From assembly GCA_964016885.1 (NCBI GenBank), contig OZ024743.1, forward strand, positions 101,618,001-101,682,000: DNA of 64,000 bases. The letters are read 5' to 3'. The notes beneath the pieces are model-generated. The model worked only from the letters and a program-made list of their open reading frames with translations, did not search any database and had not been told where the DNA came from. A program made the translations under genes and the position numbers. This document shows positions 1 to 13,249 of the stretch, in pieces. The stretch is from Eledone cirrhosa (taxonomy: Eukaryota). The first letter of the stretch is position 1; each line of letters starts with the position of its first letter.

Positions 1-128
1 TTGAAAATATCACCTACGTACGTTTCGCCCAGTTGGGCTTCTCAGTACGCTACTTGGCAAATAACTATATGTATCACCTATCCCTCCTTTTTTCTCTCTT
101 TCTCGATACGTAAATACTATATATATAT

Positions 129-216
<88 letters not shown>

Positions 217-229
217 TTTGTTTTGAAAC

Positions 230-950
230 AGCGAGCGAAGTTTGAAATGTGTTAGAAATAGAAGTTCTCGCCGTATGGAAGCTTATATATATTGATTCGG
301 GTAAGGCCCGCAGATTCCGTGTTATTGTAGCGGCAGATGGGGATACACTTCTGTTGTTGTCTTTAATGAATATTTCACTCCCTTCCTGCAATACAAGCAC
401 TGGATACGACATCTACGATGGATGATCTGCATAAGGTTGAGTACTTTAATTTATTGCATCATCGTTTACTACCCGGAATCATCAGTTGCACCCATTGGTA
501 AACAACGTAACTAAAGTGTGATAGTGGAGGGGGAATGAATGGTGTGGACGATAGCACCGGGAAGGACGATAGGAGATATCAATTGATTTTTCAGAATTTG
601 AGAGGTGGGTGTAGTGATGAGCGTATAGCTAAGCAGTTCTAGTAGAGCAGGGTATGGAGATAGATCAAACAACATGTTATGCTGGTAGGCATCGTTCTCC
701 AGTACAAATCCACATGTGTATTTAAAAACTTTCCTGTAATATAAGTGACAACAGGACTGTTGAGTTGGCAGAAGTTGTTGATCACTGGATAAGAAGATTT
801 ACAGTATTTAGTATCATAATTTGCATGCTAATTTCAAATTGTATCAGTGTTAATTTGTGAATGTTCCTTTCATTCTTCTGGTATCGATAAAATATCAGTC
901 ATATATTGGACTTGATTCAATTGACTACATCAATTGAGCCCTTCCTTCCA
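230..950 (-). pseudogene. Highly degenerate Penelope-like (GIY-YIG) element remnant
   Basis: Minus-strand fragments resemble the C-terminal GIY-YIG region of PLE proteins (..MKEH.., RNLRALPESIYISFH); many stops and frameshifts; a hammerhead-like motif lies downstream at 15-48. Confidence 0.3.
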
Positions 951-1092
951 TTTCTGTGTATATATATTGGATGTATGTATATATAAGGACCCTTAACTTT
1001 TGTGGTGACTTCTAGTCTGTATTGAGCATTTTAAACCTGGTGGAGTACATCCCCTCCTCAGGGCAGAACACAGCAGATTTCTTTCAGCGAAG

Positions 1093-1185
<93 letters not shown>

Positions 1186-1676
1186 GCTGGAAGTGAAAGA
1201 AAGAGAGTGAGAGACAGAGGGAGAGAAAGAGGAGAGAGAAAGAGAGGGAGGTAGGGTTAGAAGAAACGAAAAAGAGTTATAGTAGAAGTATTGGACTGGT
1301 GCTTTTTTTTCCTCAACCTTGAAAGGACGAAAGGCAAAGTTGTCCTCGGAGGTATTTGAAATCAGAGAACCAGAACGAAAGTCGCAAAGCATTCTATCCT
1401 ACCTTCTAACGACACTGCCAGTTCACCGCCTATATGGTGTATGTACACAAGTGGGTTGTTACAGACCCGTTGGAAGCAAATAAAAGATAAATCAGCCCGT
1501 GAACATTTTACCAATGTGAGCTTTAGCTTTTATAGAATTCATTCAAGTGATTTGTGTTCCGTCCGTGGACATTATCAGTCGGTGTTAAATATCTATTGAA
1601 CTAGTCTCGAATCAATCGATTTTTATTGTATTCGCAAATTCAATTTGTCTTTATCCAAAATTTTAACATTAATATA

Positions 1677-1779
<103 letters not shown>

Positions 1780-1839
1780 AAGTGAAGTTGGGCGTTGTTT
1801 GTTTATTTGTTTGGTGTCCCGAACTTGCAGGCTACACCG

Positions 1840-2185
1840 TTCATCCGATTTTCATGAAACTTGACACATATATATAACTCGACCCGTAGATTGGAATGGG
1901 CTACTTGAAATTTTCGAAAAATCGATAATCGGGGTCCCAGAAGACCAAAATAGATATTTTCAAAGATCGTCCGATTTCGATGAAACTCGACGCAAGTGTG
2001 TATTTTGATCCGGGGATGAACGTGGGCTACATTAAATTTTTGAAAAAAAATCGATAATTGGATCATCAGAGGCAAAAATCGATATTTACAAAATGTGTCC
2101 GATTCCAATGAAATTTGACGTAGATATGTATTTTGATGCGGGGATCAACGTGGGGTACAATAATCGGACCCCCAGAGGCAAAATT
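1840..2185. repeat. Three ~120 bp tandem repeats in the Helitron 5' region
   Basis: Recurring TCCGATTT.ATGAAA.T.GAC and TATTTTGAT.CGGGGAT.AACGTGGG.TAC blocks. Confidence 0.7.
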
Positions 2186-2459
2186 CCGGCAACCGAAAAA
2201 CGTCATTCTTCTTGCTTCCATTTGTCGCGACTCCTGCCATGCAAAAAACATTCAATCTATCAGGATTATCCACCGTAAGTCTCTTTAAATTAACGCTCAC
2301 CATATTCAGCAAGCCTTTTATGCCGATTCTTCCATTTCTTATATAAGGACTATCAAGATTATACCGCCGCGCATCATCCTGTATTGCGCTCAGTCTTCTC
2401 AAGCGATCATCGAGCCTCCATGCGCTCTCTTTATTCCCGTGGTCCCACTACCGTAGCAT

Positions 2460-3850
2460 AATGAGGGTCCGTCAACCCCTGCCCTCTCCCTTCCCTGCAC
2501 GCCGTCGTCCCACTGTGTCGTCATGCCTCACCATGCCACATTACTGCCCTGTCGGCCACCATCACCTCCTCAGCCCTTTCTTTTGCCTGCCTGCCGTGCT
2601 TCTTCAAGACTGCCATGCCTAACCAAGCCGCATCCCTGCCACCATCATGTCCTTCCCTCTCCCTTCCCTGCACGCCGTCGTCCCACTGCATCGTCATGCC
2701 TCACCATGCTGCATCCATGCTCTGTCAGCCGCCATGCCCTCTCCTGCCCTCTCCCTTACCCGCACGCCTTGATCCTTCACGAGTGCCATGGCTCACCATG
2801 CGAAATCCCTGCAACCGTCAATCCCGGCCATCTCCCTTCCCTGCACGCCGTCAACCCACTGCATCGTTATGCCTCACCATGCCGCATCCATGATCTGTCA
2901 GCCACCATCCCCTCCTCAGCCCTTTATTTTGCCTGCCCACCGTGTTCCTTCAAGACTGCTTGCCTAACCAAGCCGCATCCCTGCCACCGTCAACCCCTGC
3001 CCTCTCCCTTTCCCGCACGCCTTGGTCCCTCACGACTGTCATGGCTCACCCTGCGGCATTCCTGCTCTGTCAGCAACTTGCTCAAATGTCATCAGTATGG
3101 TTTATTCCTGCGCCGCACATAACCGCCCACTATCTCAGACCAAAAACAGCACCGAACATGAAGACGATCCTGTGTAAGTCATTTTACATTCAATTTGACC
3201 ATATTTAACAACATTAAACAAAAATTCATCCCTTTCTCCTCCAAAGCCTACCGATCATGTATGGCCGATAAACATCCAGCCTTGCACCCGGTTTTCTCAA
3301 ACAATCATTGTGCCTCCCGGTACTCTCTACATTCCCGAGGTGCAACTCAATTGGCATGCCACATCCACGCCCTGTCAGTCGCCATGCACCCTGCCCTTTC
3401 GTCATGCCTCATCATGCTGCATTCCTGCCCTGTCAGCCGCCATCCACTCCCCGACACTTTCCACTGTTTAGGCATGGCAGTCTTGAGGGACCAAGTCACA
3501 TCCCTGCCACCGTCAACCCCTGCCCTCTCCGTTCCCTGCACACCGTCGTCCCACTGCATCGTCATGCATCACCATGCCGCATCAATGCTCTGTCAGCCGC
3601 CATCCTCTCCTCGGCCCTTTCTTTTGCCTGCCCGCATTGTCCTTCAAGACTGCCGTGGCTCACCATGCGGTATCCTTGCCACCATCCACCCCTGCCCATT
3701 TCATTGCCTGCTGGCCTACGTCATGCCTCAGGATGCCGCATCCATGCACTGTCAGCCACCATCCCCTCCTCGGTCCTTTCTTTTGCCTGACCTCCGTGCT
3801 CCTTCAAGACTCCCATGGCTATCTATGCCGCATCAATTCCTTGCCACCCA
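2460..3850. repeat. GC-rich composite tandem repeat (~170 bp subunits within ~800 bp higher-order units) inside the Helitron
   Basis: CCCTCTCCCTTCCCTGCACGCCGTCGTCCCACTGCATCGTCATGCCTCACCATGC and CTTCAAGACTGCC blocks recur many times; the AT-richer spacer (GTAAGTC..TT.AA) recurs at ~2275, ~3175, ~3940 and ~4228. Confidence 0.75.
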
Positions 3851-5663
3851 CTTAAACGTCATCAGCATGGCTTATTGTTGCCTCATTTGACCACCAATTT
3901 TCGCAGGCTAAACACAATACCAACGTGCACGATAGTCCATGGTAAATCTTTTTAATTACATGTTCATCATGCTAAGCAAAGGATGAATAGCAACTCTTTC
4001 ATTTCTCCTGACATGTCATTCTGTAAATTATGGCCGAGAAGCATCCTGTGTAGCATCGCGTCTTCTCAAGCGATCAGCATGCCTTCCACTGCCCTCACAA
4101 TTGACTCACAATGACGCATTTATTCCCTGCGACGCCCTAAACATAATCAGCATGGCTTATTTTTCTGCCGCGTTTAACCGGCCCTCATTCTAGGCCATAA
4201 ACAACAAAACCGCACGATGCTGCTGCGTAAGTCTATTTAAATTAATGGTCAACATGTTCAGCAAAACAATTGTACCAATTCTTCACCTCCAATGCCTATC
4301 CATTACATCTTAGAGGTCGGGATTCGCAATTTCTACGATTTCAATATTGACACAACAGTCCGGTTTTTCGGCACATCTTGCTCCGATAGGAATATCAACG
4401 TGATTTTCACTTAATTCGTAAGTGTTCAGTCTTCTGTATGCTTTTATTTTTTATTGATACAACACCGACTACAATAATCTAACTTCACTTTGTAGGCTAG
4501 ACGCGAATCACAAGGAAAACAATCCTCTGATATACAACCCCACCAAATTCTTTGGTCTACCTAGATTTCAATGGCTATATCCTTTGCCTTTGTACGGTTG
4601 TACATTTGACAATGTCGCAAAACATTATTCCACTTGATTCTTACCTTTCAGCTATGAATTGGGCAGTGCCTTAAAATTCCGTTTTATTTGCGTGCAATTT
4701 TTTGGTATCTTATGAATGGAGAATCGAAACTCCTTTTTCTCATAACCTGATACATGCGTTACACATGCTCGATGGATGTTTGTGGACTATTTTTTCAAAA
4801 TACCAATATCACAGATTGGAGCACAAAAAGAAACGTTTGTTCTTCATTTATTTCGGTTAAAGCATCCTGCTGGAATTTAACGCAGACCCGTTTAAATCCA
4901 GCGCCTTATAACCTCGAGTGTAGCCGGGTACACCAGCTAGAAAGACAAATAGAAACATTGTTTCCTCGGTCCGATTTGACGAAAGTCGATTTAGTTCCAC
5001 AACAAATTAACAAACCATACTTGAGGCTGTTGCAAAGGGCAATAATCCTAGGCACAATTTTGATCAACTTTTTTTCACCTATAGCAAATTTACCGGGACA
5101 GGTTTTTAGCTACTCAAATCTACTTCAGAAGTCACGCATTCATGTAAAAAATCGATAAAACTAAAGCGAGCGTTCAACTTTGCGCAAAAAACAAGGCAAA
5201 GTTGCACATGGGAAAACGTTTTACAGGAACGTCCGATTTTCTTGAGAACTGTCGCAAAAGACTCGCCATTATGCCGCGGTTCAGATAAAGTCCATTTTAT
5301 TTCTTCTTCTGCATATGTGAGCGCGAAAATTATATTAAAAAAACCCCTGAAAAAATCGACTTTTTAACCCTGCTTTAAAAATCAACGGAAATTCAATTTC
5401 AAGTGAATTTGACTTCCGTCAGTCGTGCAAAGAACAATTTCAACGATACACTGTGTACCTACAATTGATCCATTATTTATGCTCAATTACACACCTGCGT
5501 CTACTAACCTCTTTTTTATTCCTTGAGGTTCGAAGGTTTTTGCACCTGTGATGCACGGGAAGTAACTTTCACACATTTTAACAACAGAGCAAAGGTCGAC
5601 TTACACCCGGGCAACGCCGGGTACTTCTGCTAGTGTGTATATATATATATATGAGAAAGTATG

Positions 5664-5760
5664 ACCCCGACGGCAGAGCTCAAGCTGTTTCGACGGCTAT
5701 TTCTGGACTAAAGTAAGTTTTTTTAGTCTGGTAAATAAATAGCCGAACTTTTCAAGGGGT
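5664..5760 (-). ncRNA. Type I hammerhead ribozyme motif, U3-A8 core variant
   Basis: Minus strand reads ACCCC-TTGAAAA-G..CGGCTATTT...AAATAGCCG.C-GAAA-CAGC..GCCG-TC-GGGGT, giving stem I ACCCC/GGGGT, a long stem II and a GUC cleavage triplet. Confidence 0.75.
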
Positions 5761-6668
5761 ACTTCCTTATATGGGAAGATTCTAGTTGTCAAGAGGATTG
5801 GTCAAACTTTGTAGCAGACACAGAAAAGTCTATCATGGCAATGGGTTTGGGGTGGGGTGGCTGAACTTGTCTGTAGAACGATAGGCGAATGGGTAGAGCC
5901 GTTCAAGCGTTGAAGGTGAAATCTACACGGCCAATTCTAAGGAATGTGCATGAAAGTAGGCCAGAGGAGGTAGGCGAAAAAAGGTTTCTTTAGAAAAAGG
6001 AGGAGGTACGTTAATGAATAGGTAAATCAAAAGGGATTGGGGGACAATGAAAAAATATAATAAAAAAGAATATAATAAAAAATGAGAGAAAGATATATTA
6101 GAAAGTAAGATTGGAAAGTGAGAAGTGAAATAAAACAGAAACTAAGGAGTCTAACACAGCTGCTATATTTAGTTGGTTCTGCTTTTTCGGCCAATGCTAT
6201 AGAATGAGTTGCTAGATGAGAATTATTGAAAATTTACAATGGGGTTTTAACAATTAATACCACTTCTCTGGGTTCTAACACAGTTACTATGAATAGTTAG
6301 TATAGCGTAATCGGCCAATGCTATCTATAAGTTACTGGGGTGGGGGTACTGAGGCTAAATAGGCTCGACGGGCTGCCTCGGGGTAGGCGAAAGGGAAAAA
6401 AAAACAAAGAAACGAACGAGGAAGAAGATCGGTGGTGGAAGAAGTGATAGGAGGAGACAAAAGGAAGAAGAAAACACAGAGGGAAAGAAAAGAGGTACAT
6501 CTACCTATGTAAGTTGGGGTTTTCCCTATCTTATTCGGCAAGTGGGGTGTTTCAGCCCTTGTCTACCCACCTGGATCGTTAGGGGGTTTGAGGGCGGGGT
6601 AAGACTTCCGCAATCTGTGTTTGCATGCAGTTACCAGTTCGTCTTTTTTGTTTAGGAGTTGATCCTTC

Positions 6669-6944
6669 GTGAGGACGGACACCTCCAACAAAGCTTATAT
6701 AGGATTAATCGCTTGTGACTTTAAGACCCGGCTCTACCAACACCGACATACGTTCCGAAACCCGGTCCAGCGACATGCCACCACACTTTCGGGCCATATC
6801 TGGGACCCCCAAGATAATAATATAACTTACCATCTTACTTGGAGCTTACTGTCCAGAGCTAACTCTTACACGGGAGGACGCCGTCCTTGTAACTTATCGC
6901 GGAGGAAACATTACAAATGGTGTTTACGAAGGATAAACTCCTAA
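6669..6944 (+). pseudogene. GIY-YIG endonuclease fragment of a Penelope-like element
   Basis: YIG..FKTR..QH...F motif and downstream CNL; homologous to 63068-63406. Confidence 0.8.
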
Positions 6945-7744
6945 ACAAAAAAGACGAACTGGTAACTGCATGCAAACACAGATTGCGGAAGACTTACTTC
7001 GCCCTCAAACCACCTAACGATCCAGGTGGGTAGACAAGGGCTGAAACACCCCACTTGCCGAATAAGATAGGGAAAACCCCAACTTACATAGGTAGATGTA
7101 CCTCTTTTCTTTTCCTCTGTGTTTTATTCTTCCCTTTGTCTCCTCCTATCACTTCTTTCCACCCTGATCTTCTTCCTGGTTCGTTATTTTGTTTTTTTTC
7201 CCTTTCGCCTATCCCGAGGCAGCCCATCAAGCCTATTTAGCCTCAGTACCCGCACCCCAGTAACTTATAGATAGCATTGGCCGATTACGCTATACTAACT
7301 ATACATAGCAGCTATGTTAGACCCCAGAGAAATGGTATTAATTTTTAATACCCAATTGTAAATTTTCAATAATTCTCATCTAGCAACTCATTCTACACAT
7401 GTACCGCGCGGTTAAACCACTGGGAGTGAAGGACCCCTAGCCTTTGTCAGGGCATTCTTCTAAAAGACGGCAACTCAGGAAACTGGGATAACTCCGATAT
7501 AAGACCTGCGGCTCAGTAGTTACCGATGATGTTGATCTTTTCTTCTTTTCGGGTTATAGCTATTGTCACTCAGAGAGTGGGATTGGCTCAGTGCACCGTC
7601 TTTCCTTACTTAAAAAAATATCTTCATGCACAGGCATTGTATGATAGAATTAATTAATAATTATTAATAATGGTATATCGTGCAATGGCCATACTCGATA
7701 ACGAGGGAACAATCATCATCATGTATGTAGGTGTGTATGTATGT

Positions 7745-8200
7745 ATGTTTGATGATGGCTGACTGGGAGATAGAAGCTCTTGAAAGAGAGACGTGGCGTG
7801 GAATGGTGAATGATGGGGTCCATAATTTTGAGGACAGATGCATAGAACACGAGAAGATCAAAATGGATGTGCGTAAGCAATGCCCTGGTGTATCTCTCGA
7901 AACGATCGGTGTCTCCATTGAATTAAAGTGCCCTGAGTGTGGAGCAAATCTGGTCTCAGGAGCCACAGTCGCAGCCATGTTCAAAGAGAACCAGTGAACT
8001 ATGATCTCCATGGTGTTGTGAGGGTTCACGGGCAACCTGATGCGGGACCACAAGCCAGCGAGATCCATAGTTGCCGTCAGTGTGTGAAGGAGTGCAAGTC
8101 TCTAGCAGGCTTCAAAAGCCATATCCGAGCGTCCCACATCTGAATCTGACAAACGATTGCAATACTCTTGGCGGAGTTTGCAGCCATCATGTATGTATGT
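7745..8200 (+). mobile_element. RTE-clade LINE 3' fragment with C-terminal C2H2 finger
   Basis: WEIEALERETWR..V and CRQCVKECKSLAGFKSHIRASH, followed by a short 3' UTR and (TATG) tail; the same 3' end occurs reversed at ~29840-29892. Confidence 0.65.
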
Positions 8201-8206
8201 TATATA

Positions 8207-8311
<105 letters not shown>

Positions 8312-8580
8312 GAAGAAATTAAAAGATGGTTAAAAAAGTTCCATATATTTTATTATGCGCATTTCGAAAAAAACATCATCATGGAACAAAAATTGTGTTC
8401 TCATCAGATAAAATAAGGTAACATGATATGAGGCATAAGAGCACTTGTTTACAGGAAAGTGCTAAGTCTACATCTTTTAATTGCTTCTTTTATATATACT
8501 CCAGTTCTACCAACTGCTGTTGAGTGCTACTTATCTGATATATGCATAGTTTTATTGTTCTACAATATTACTCACCTTCT

Positions 8581-8612
<32 letters not shown>

Positions 8613-9315
8613 TTATTACATTAACAGAGAAAGCTTTAAGCAATACTCCGACCGACTTCCGTCTCACTCAACAAACATTAGGATATACCTTAGTATAATC
8701 CCAATTATACGTTTGGGGTGCTAACTATACATATTTTGCGGATAGCCAGTTGTATTATTTTATATGAGACAATTAAATACATCCCTCTTTCCAAACGATC
8801 GTTTCATTATAAGTTTTCTACAAGTTGGGAAAATAATGTCCAAGTTATGTAGAAGCCTACACATAGTCTATAGGAATATATGAAGGTGGGCACTTATAAA
8901 TCATCAGTGGATGCCCAACAATATCGATATAAAAAAACCCTACCCATATTAACATTCAGCGATGGTACCCGTCAGTGTTAGTGTGACCGCCAAATTTGAA
9001 ATTCCAGCAGTCTCACAAAGAGAAATCTCACACCGTCACCAAGTGGGAAGCGGAGGTCATCGCAAAACATAAAAGGATAAAATAATATGCACGCAGGTCA
9101 ATTAATTCTGTTAAGAATTTTAACCATGCGCGAAGAACTCAATTGGATACAAAAAAAAAATATATATGCATGTATTATTTATACATGCATATAGGTATTT
9201 TCTCAGGCTAAAAACAGACACAAGATACCGGAAAAACAATCAATATTTCATACAAAGAATAAATAAAGAAAGTCATACCTAAAAATATCTGGAAATTTTC
9301 ATCTCTGGCCAATTC

Positions 9316-9346
<31 letters not shown>

Positions 9347-9385
9347 CTATTTAATATATTAATATATAATATATATATATATATA

Positions 9386-9528
<143 letters not shown>

Positions 9529-10046
9529 TACATTCATACATATACACACAGACATATATATAAATTAATTTATACACATACATGCACACCGACGTATACA
9601 CATTAAATCACAGATATATCTTCTAGGTCTGCAATTCTATCATGACTTCTGATACTACATATATATTGCAATCAAATTCATGACAATGGATCGGTTAGTT
9701 AATCTTCTCTGCAAATTGAAGTAACCTTAGTAAATTAGCTTTTAGTAAATAGAATTTAGTATACGTTTCTCTTCCTTCATATATTAGGTGTCCTGTTTGT
9801 TTCCGGATATCAATTTAAAATCTCCAACCATAGACACACCTATCTTCATATACATAATTAAATCGGGGTTTATCCTAAGTCCTTCTTTCCTTTTCTCTTT
9901 TCCTCCCTTTCTCGCCCTTTCTCTTTTCTCACACATTCTCTCTATCTATCTTTTCCCTTCTCTCTTTCTCTCACACACTCTCTGTATCTATATCTCCCAT
10001 CTCTCTTTCTACTTCTCTGCCTCTCTTTCCCTGCCTGTCTGTCTGC

Positions 10047-10078
<32 letters not shown>

Positions 10079-11543
10079 CTTCTTCTTCTTCTTCTTCCGG
10101 ATGAGTTGGTCTCAGGTTGTTCGCCTGATCGAGATCAGAGATCAGTGATCAATTTCCAAGGCCGACTGCGAGGAGGTCGACAAACTTGGGCCCCATTTTC
10201 TGTCTGTTTGTCTCTCTGCTTTTCTCTTTCTGCATCCTCAGACCTTTCATTGATAATTCTATGAGCTTCTCTGAACTTCCTGACTCTATATAATATAACC
10301 TCATAAGCTCTCCTCACCTCACTAGCTTTTTATATCTCTATCCTCCATCTTTAATCCCTCACCGTTATTTCTAATGCATCTCACACCATAAATTCCTGAT
10401 GATGCATTTTAATCAATCTTCCTTCTTTAGAATCAAATCCGGCTGACTGGAACTCTATATCCTTCTTCATTGAACTTAAACATTTGAAATCTAAACCTGG
10501 AATTATTAGCCCCAATCTGCGAATATTATTCCCCAGAAAAAAGTGGTTAGAAATAAATAATAAAAAAAAACACCTAAACCCAAACAAAACAGCAGAAAAG
10601 CCAAAAATCAAAAATAAAACAAAGCAAAACAAATAAAAGAAGAAAAAACTATAGAACATTTATCTCTTTATATCCTGTTCGAATCGTCCGAACGCCGTAG
10701 TGACGCGCGGCGTTTCTTGGGCATTTTTAAAGTGTGGTGGAGCTCATCTCGTCTCCAGGTCCAAAAAGCCGATTTCTTTCAGAGAAAGAGGGGGGGTGGG
10801 GAGTGGTAAAGAAGAAGCAAGAAAGAGATATAGAGAAAGAATCGACCCCGTTCCTGGACTGATACTTGGTTATCGACCATAAAAGGATAAAAAGACAAAG
10901 TTGATCTCTGCGAGATTTCAACTCAGAGCGCAGAGAGCTGGAATAAATACCGCGAAGCATTCTATATGGCGTTCTAACGACTCTGATAATTCGCCGCTTC
11001 ATTCTTTAGATTATATTGGTTTAAAATATCATTGTATTCCTTGTAATATTCTTCTGGTTAACTGACGGTCAAAGAACTTTGTATATCAAGAAAAAAAACA
11101 AAAAAAACTACAGCCATCACCCATCGCAATCAAGTATGACTTATTAGTATGTACCATGCTTTTGTTAAGGTTTTAAGTGTTCATGCAGCTGCGAGTAGCC
11201 AGACATGCTCCCGACTCTTGCACGTTAATTTCTGTTGCTCGAACAACCGGAGCTATCATCGTCGTAATCGACGGAGGTCTAATACGCTGTATGTTATTAG
11301 ATGATTCCAGAGAGATAGATAGTTATCGAGATAGAGAGATAAAGAGATAGATAAATAGATAGATCGACAAATTGTTAGAGAAATAGATAGAGAAATAGAT
11401 AGGCAGATAGATATATATTTACAATTGTTTCGGGGCTATTGCTCCTTGTCAAGATTGTGTGTAGGGTATAGCAGAAAAAAGAGAAATACACAATCTTGAC
11501 AAGGAACAATAAACCCGAAACAACGTAACTAGGACGACATCAA

Positions 11544-12460
11544 TTGCAGGTCCTCTGTCAGGTTGATCGAATCTGGCTTGGACCAACACCGCCTCGCTTA
11601 CCTCCGTTCCGCTTCTCAGCCCACAGAGGCGCGTGGCTCAATTCGGTATCCTCTTCATCAACCGGTACCCTTCTTGATGATGAGTGCACTCGCATTAGGG
11701 TAGCACAACGCCTTGGCCTCCGCGTGTGTGAGTCACATAAATGCCGCTGCGGGGCAGTTGTTGACAAGTTCGGCCTGCACCCTCTGTCTTGCTACCAGAG
11801 CGCAGGCCGGTTCCCCCGACACGCCGCTCTCAACGACATATTGAAAAGAAGCCTGGACGCAGCTGGCTTTCCATCTCAACTGGAGCCAGCAGGCCTAGAC
11901 TATGGAGATGGCAAGCGCCCCGACGGAATCCCCCTCTTCTCATTCGAAGGAGGTAGATCCCTAATCTGGGACGCCACCTGCTGGGACACGTTCTCCACCT
12001 GCAGCTTATTCATTTCTACCACAAACCCCGGCATCGCAGCCCACCTCGCAGAAGAACGTAAAATAAACAAATACCGGGTTTGTCCGGCCGTTTCCTCTCG
12101 GAACCGGTCGCCATCGAGACCTCAGGCGTACTTCGACCCCGTACTGCCTAACTCCACCGCAAGATCGGAGCGTCGGCGGCCCGTCTGAGGAGGGAGCCCC
12201 GCGATGATGGATGGCTGTTGCAACGGGTGTCACTGGCCATCGTCCGGGGGAATGCTTTTGCCATCTTGTCAGCGGGGCGCAGCACTTCTGCCCTTTTGCC
12301 TTAGGCCCAAAGCCCAATCACCCTCCCCTCTCTTTTGCGACACCAGACGTCCTGTCATCCCTTCTTCTTCCCGATCCTTTTCTTCTTTCTTTCTCTCCTC
12401 TTCTTTTTTTCTATATTTTTTTTCTATATTTACCTATTCTTTCTTTCCTTTTGTTTCCTT
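11544..12460 (+). mobile_element. CRE-like RLE-type non-LTR retrotransposon, 5'-truncated
   Basis: GAWLN..RLG..C.CG..D..GLHPLSC...RHAALN zinc motif, then DGKRPDG and WDAT restriction-like endonuclease motifs; frameshift near 12080; T-rich 3' UTR. Confidence 0.75.
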
Positions 12461-13053
12461 GATATAATCTGTTGTTACCTAACGCCGAAATATTTGCTTT
12501 GTTTTTATATAAGAAATTAACTATTTATAAGCCAACGAAAGATATTCCACGCAGGCAATCGATTTGTTAGAAATATCATTAAAATTACCAAAATGAAGAT
12601 GAGAGTGAATAGTACAGAACCAGATATAGAGTATTTGAAGAAGTATAGTAGAGATGTTTGCGATTAAAATAGATATCTGCCCGATCAAAGCTAAGTTGAA
12701 GTAAGAATTGTATTTTTGTTTATAACATAACTACTCACTATTTTATATCTTTATCATTTCCACATAATTTCTTCAACATTGTAGATTGTTTCTTTCTGCT
12801 ACCGCTGGAACAAAAGGATGATGTTAGTCGTCTTGAATACACATGGGTCATAAGGCTGTTTGCTTGCAAACGAATCAAATATTAATAACTGTTTCTAGTT
12901 TTGGCACAAGGCCAGCAATTATACCAGTGCATTACTGGTACTTTATTTTATCGACCCCTATTATTATATTATTATTATTCACTCACAAATGCATTTACGT
13001 ATCCGCTACGTTAGAGTGATAGCACACACACACAAACACAAACACACACGCAC

Positions 13054-13130
<77 letters not shown>

Positions 13131-13139
13131 CAGTATATG

Positions 13140-13210
<71 letters not shown>

Positions 13211-13249
13211 GCATATATGCATATATATATATATATGTGTATATACGTA

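Larger units (their letters stand above)
5650..7395. mobile_element. Penelope-like element remnant with inverted pLTR
   Basis: GIY-YIG fragment at 6669-6944 (AYIGLIACDFKTRLYQH..WSLLSRANSY..CNL); 6200-6670 is the reverse complement of 6925-7395; the minus-strand arm continues to a hammerhead at 5664-5760. Confidence 0.8.

Noticed and set aside
15-48. Complete hammerhead on the minus strand (CTGAGAA-GCCC/GGGC-GAAAC-GTAC-GTA)
   Set aside because: C3-A8 mismatch and no stem I pairing; probably a decayed PLE motif. The CTGATGA motifs at ~35663, ~58656 and ~61007 likewise lack complete stems
2523-3890. Pro/His/Cys-rich ORFs as a host gene
   Set aside because: They overlap in several frames within a GC-rich tandem repeat inside a Helitron and have no recognisable domain
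9790-11050. Host exon or further LINE on the minus strand
   Set aside because: Only short interrupted frames with no motif I can assign confidently
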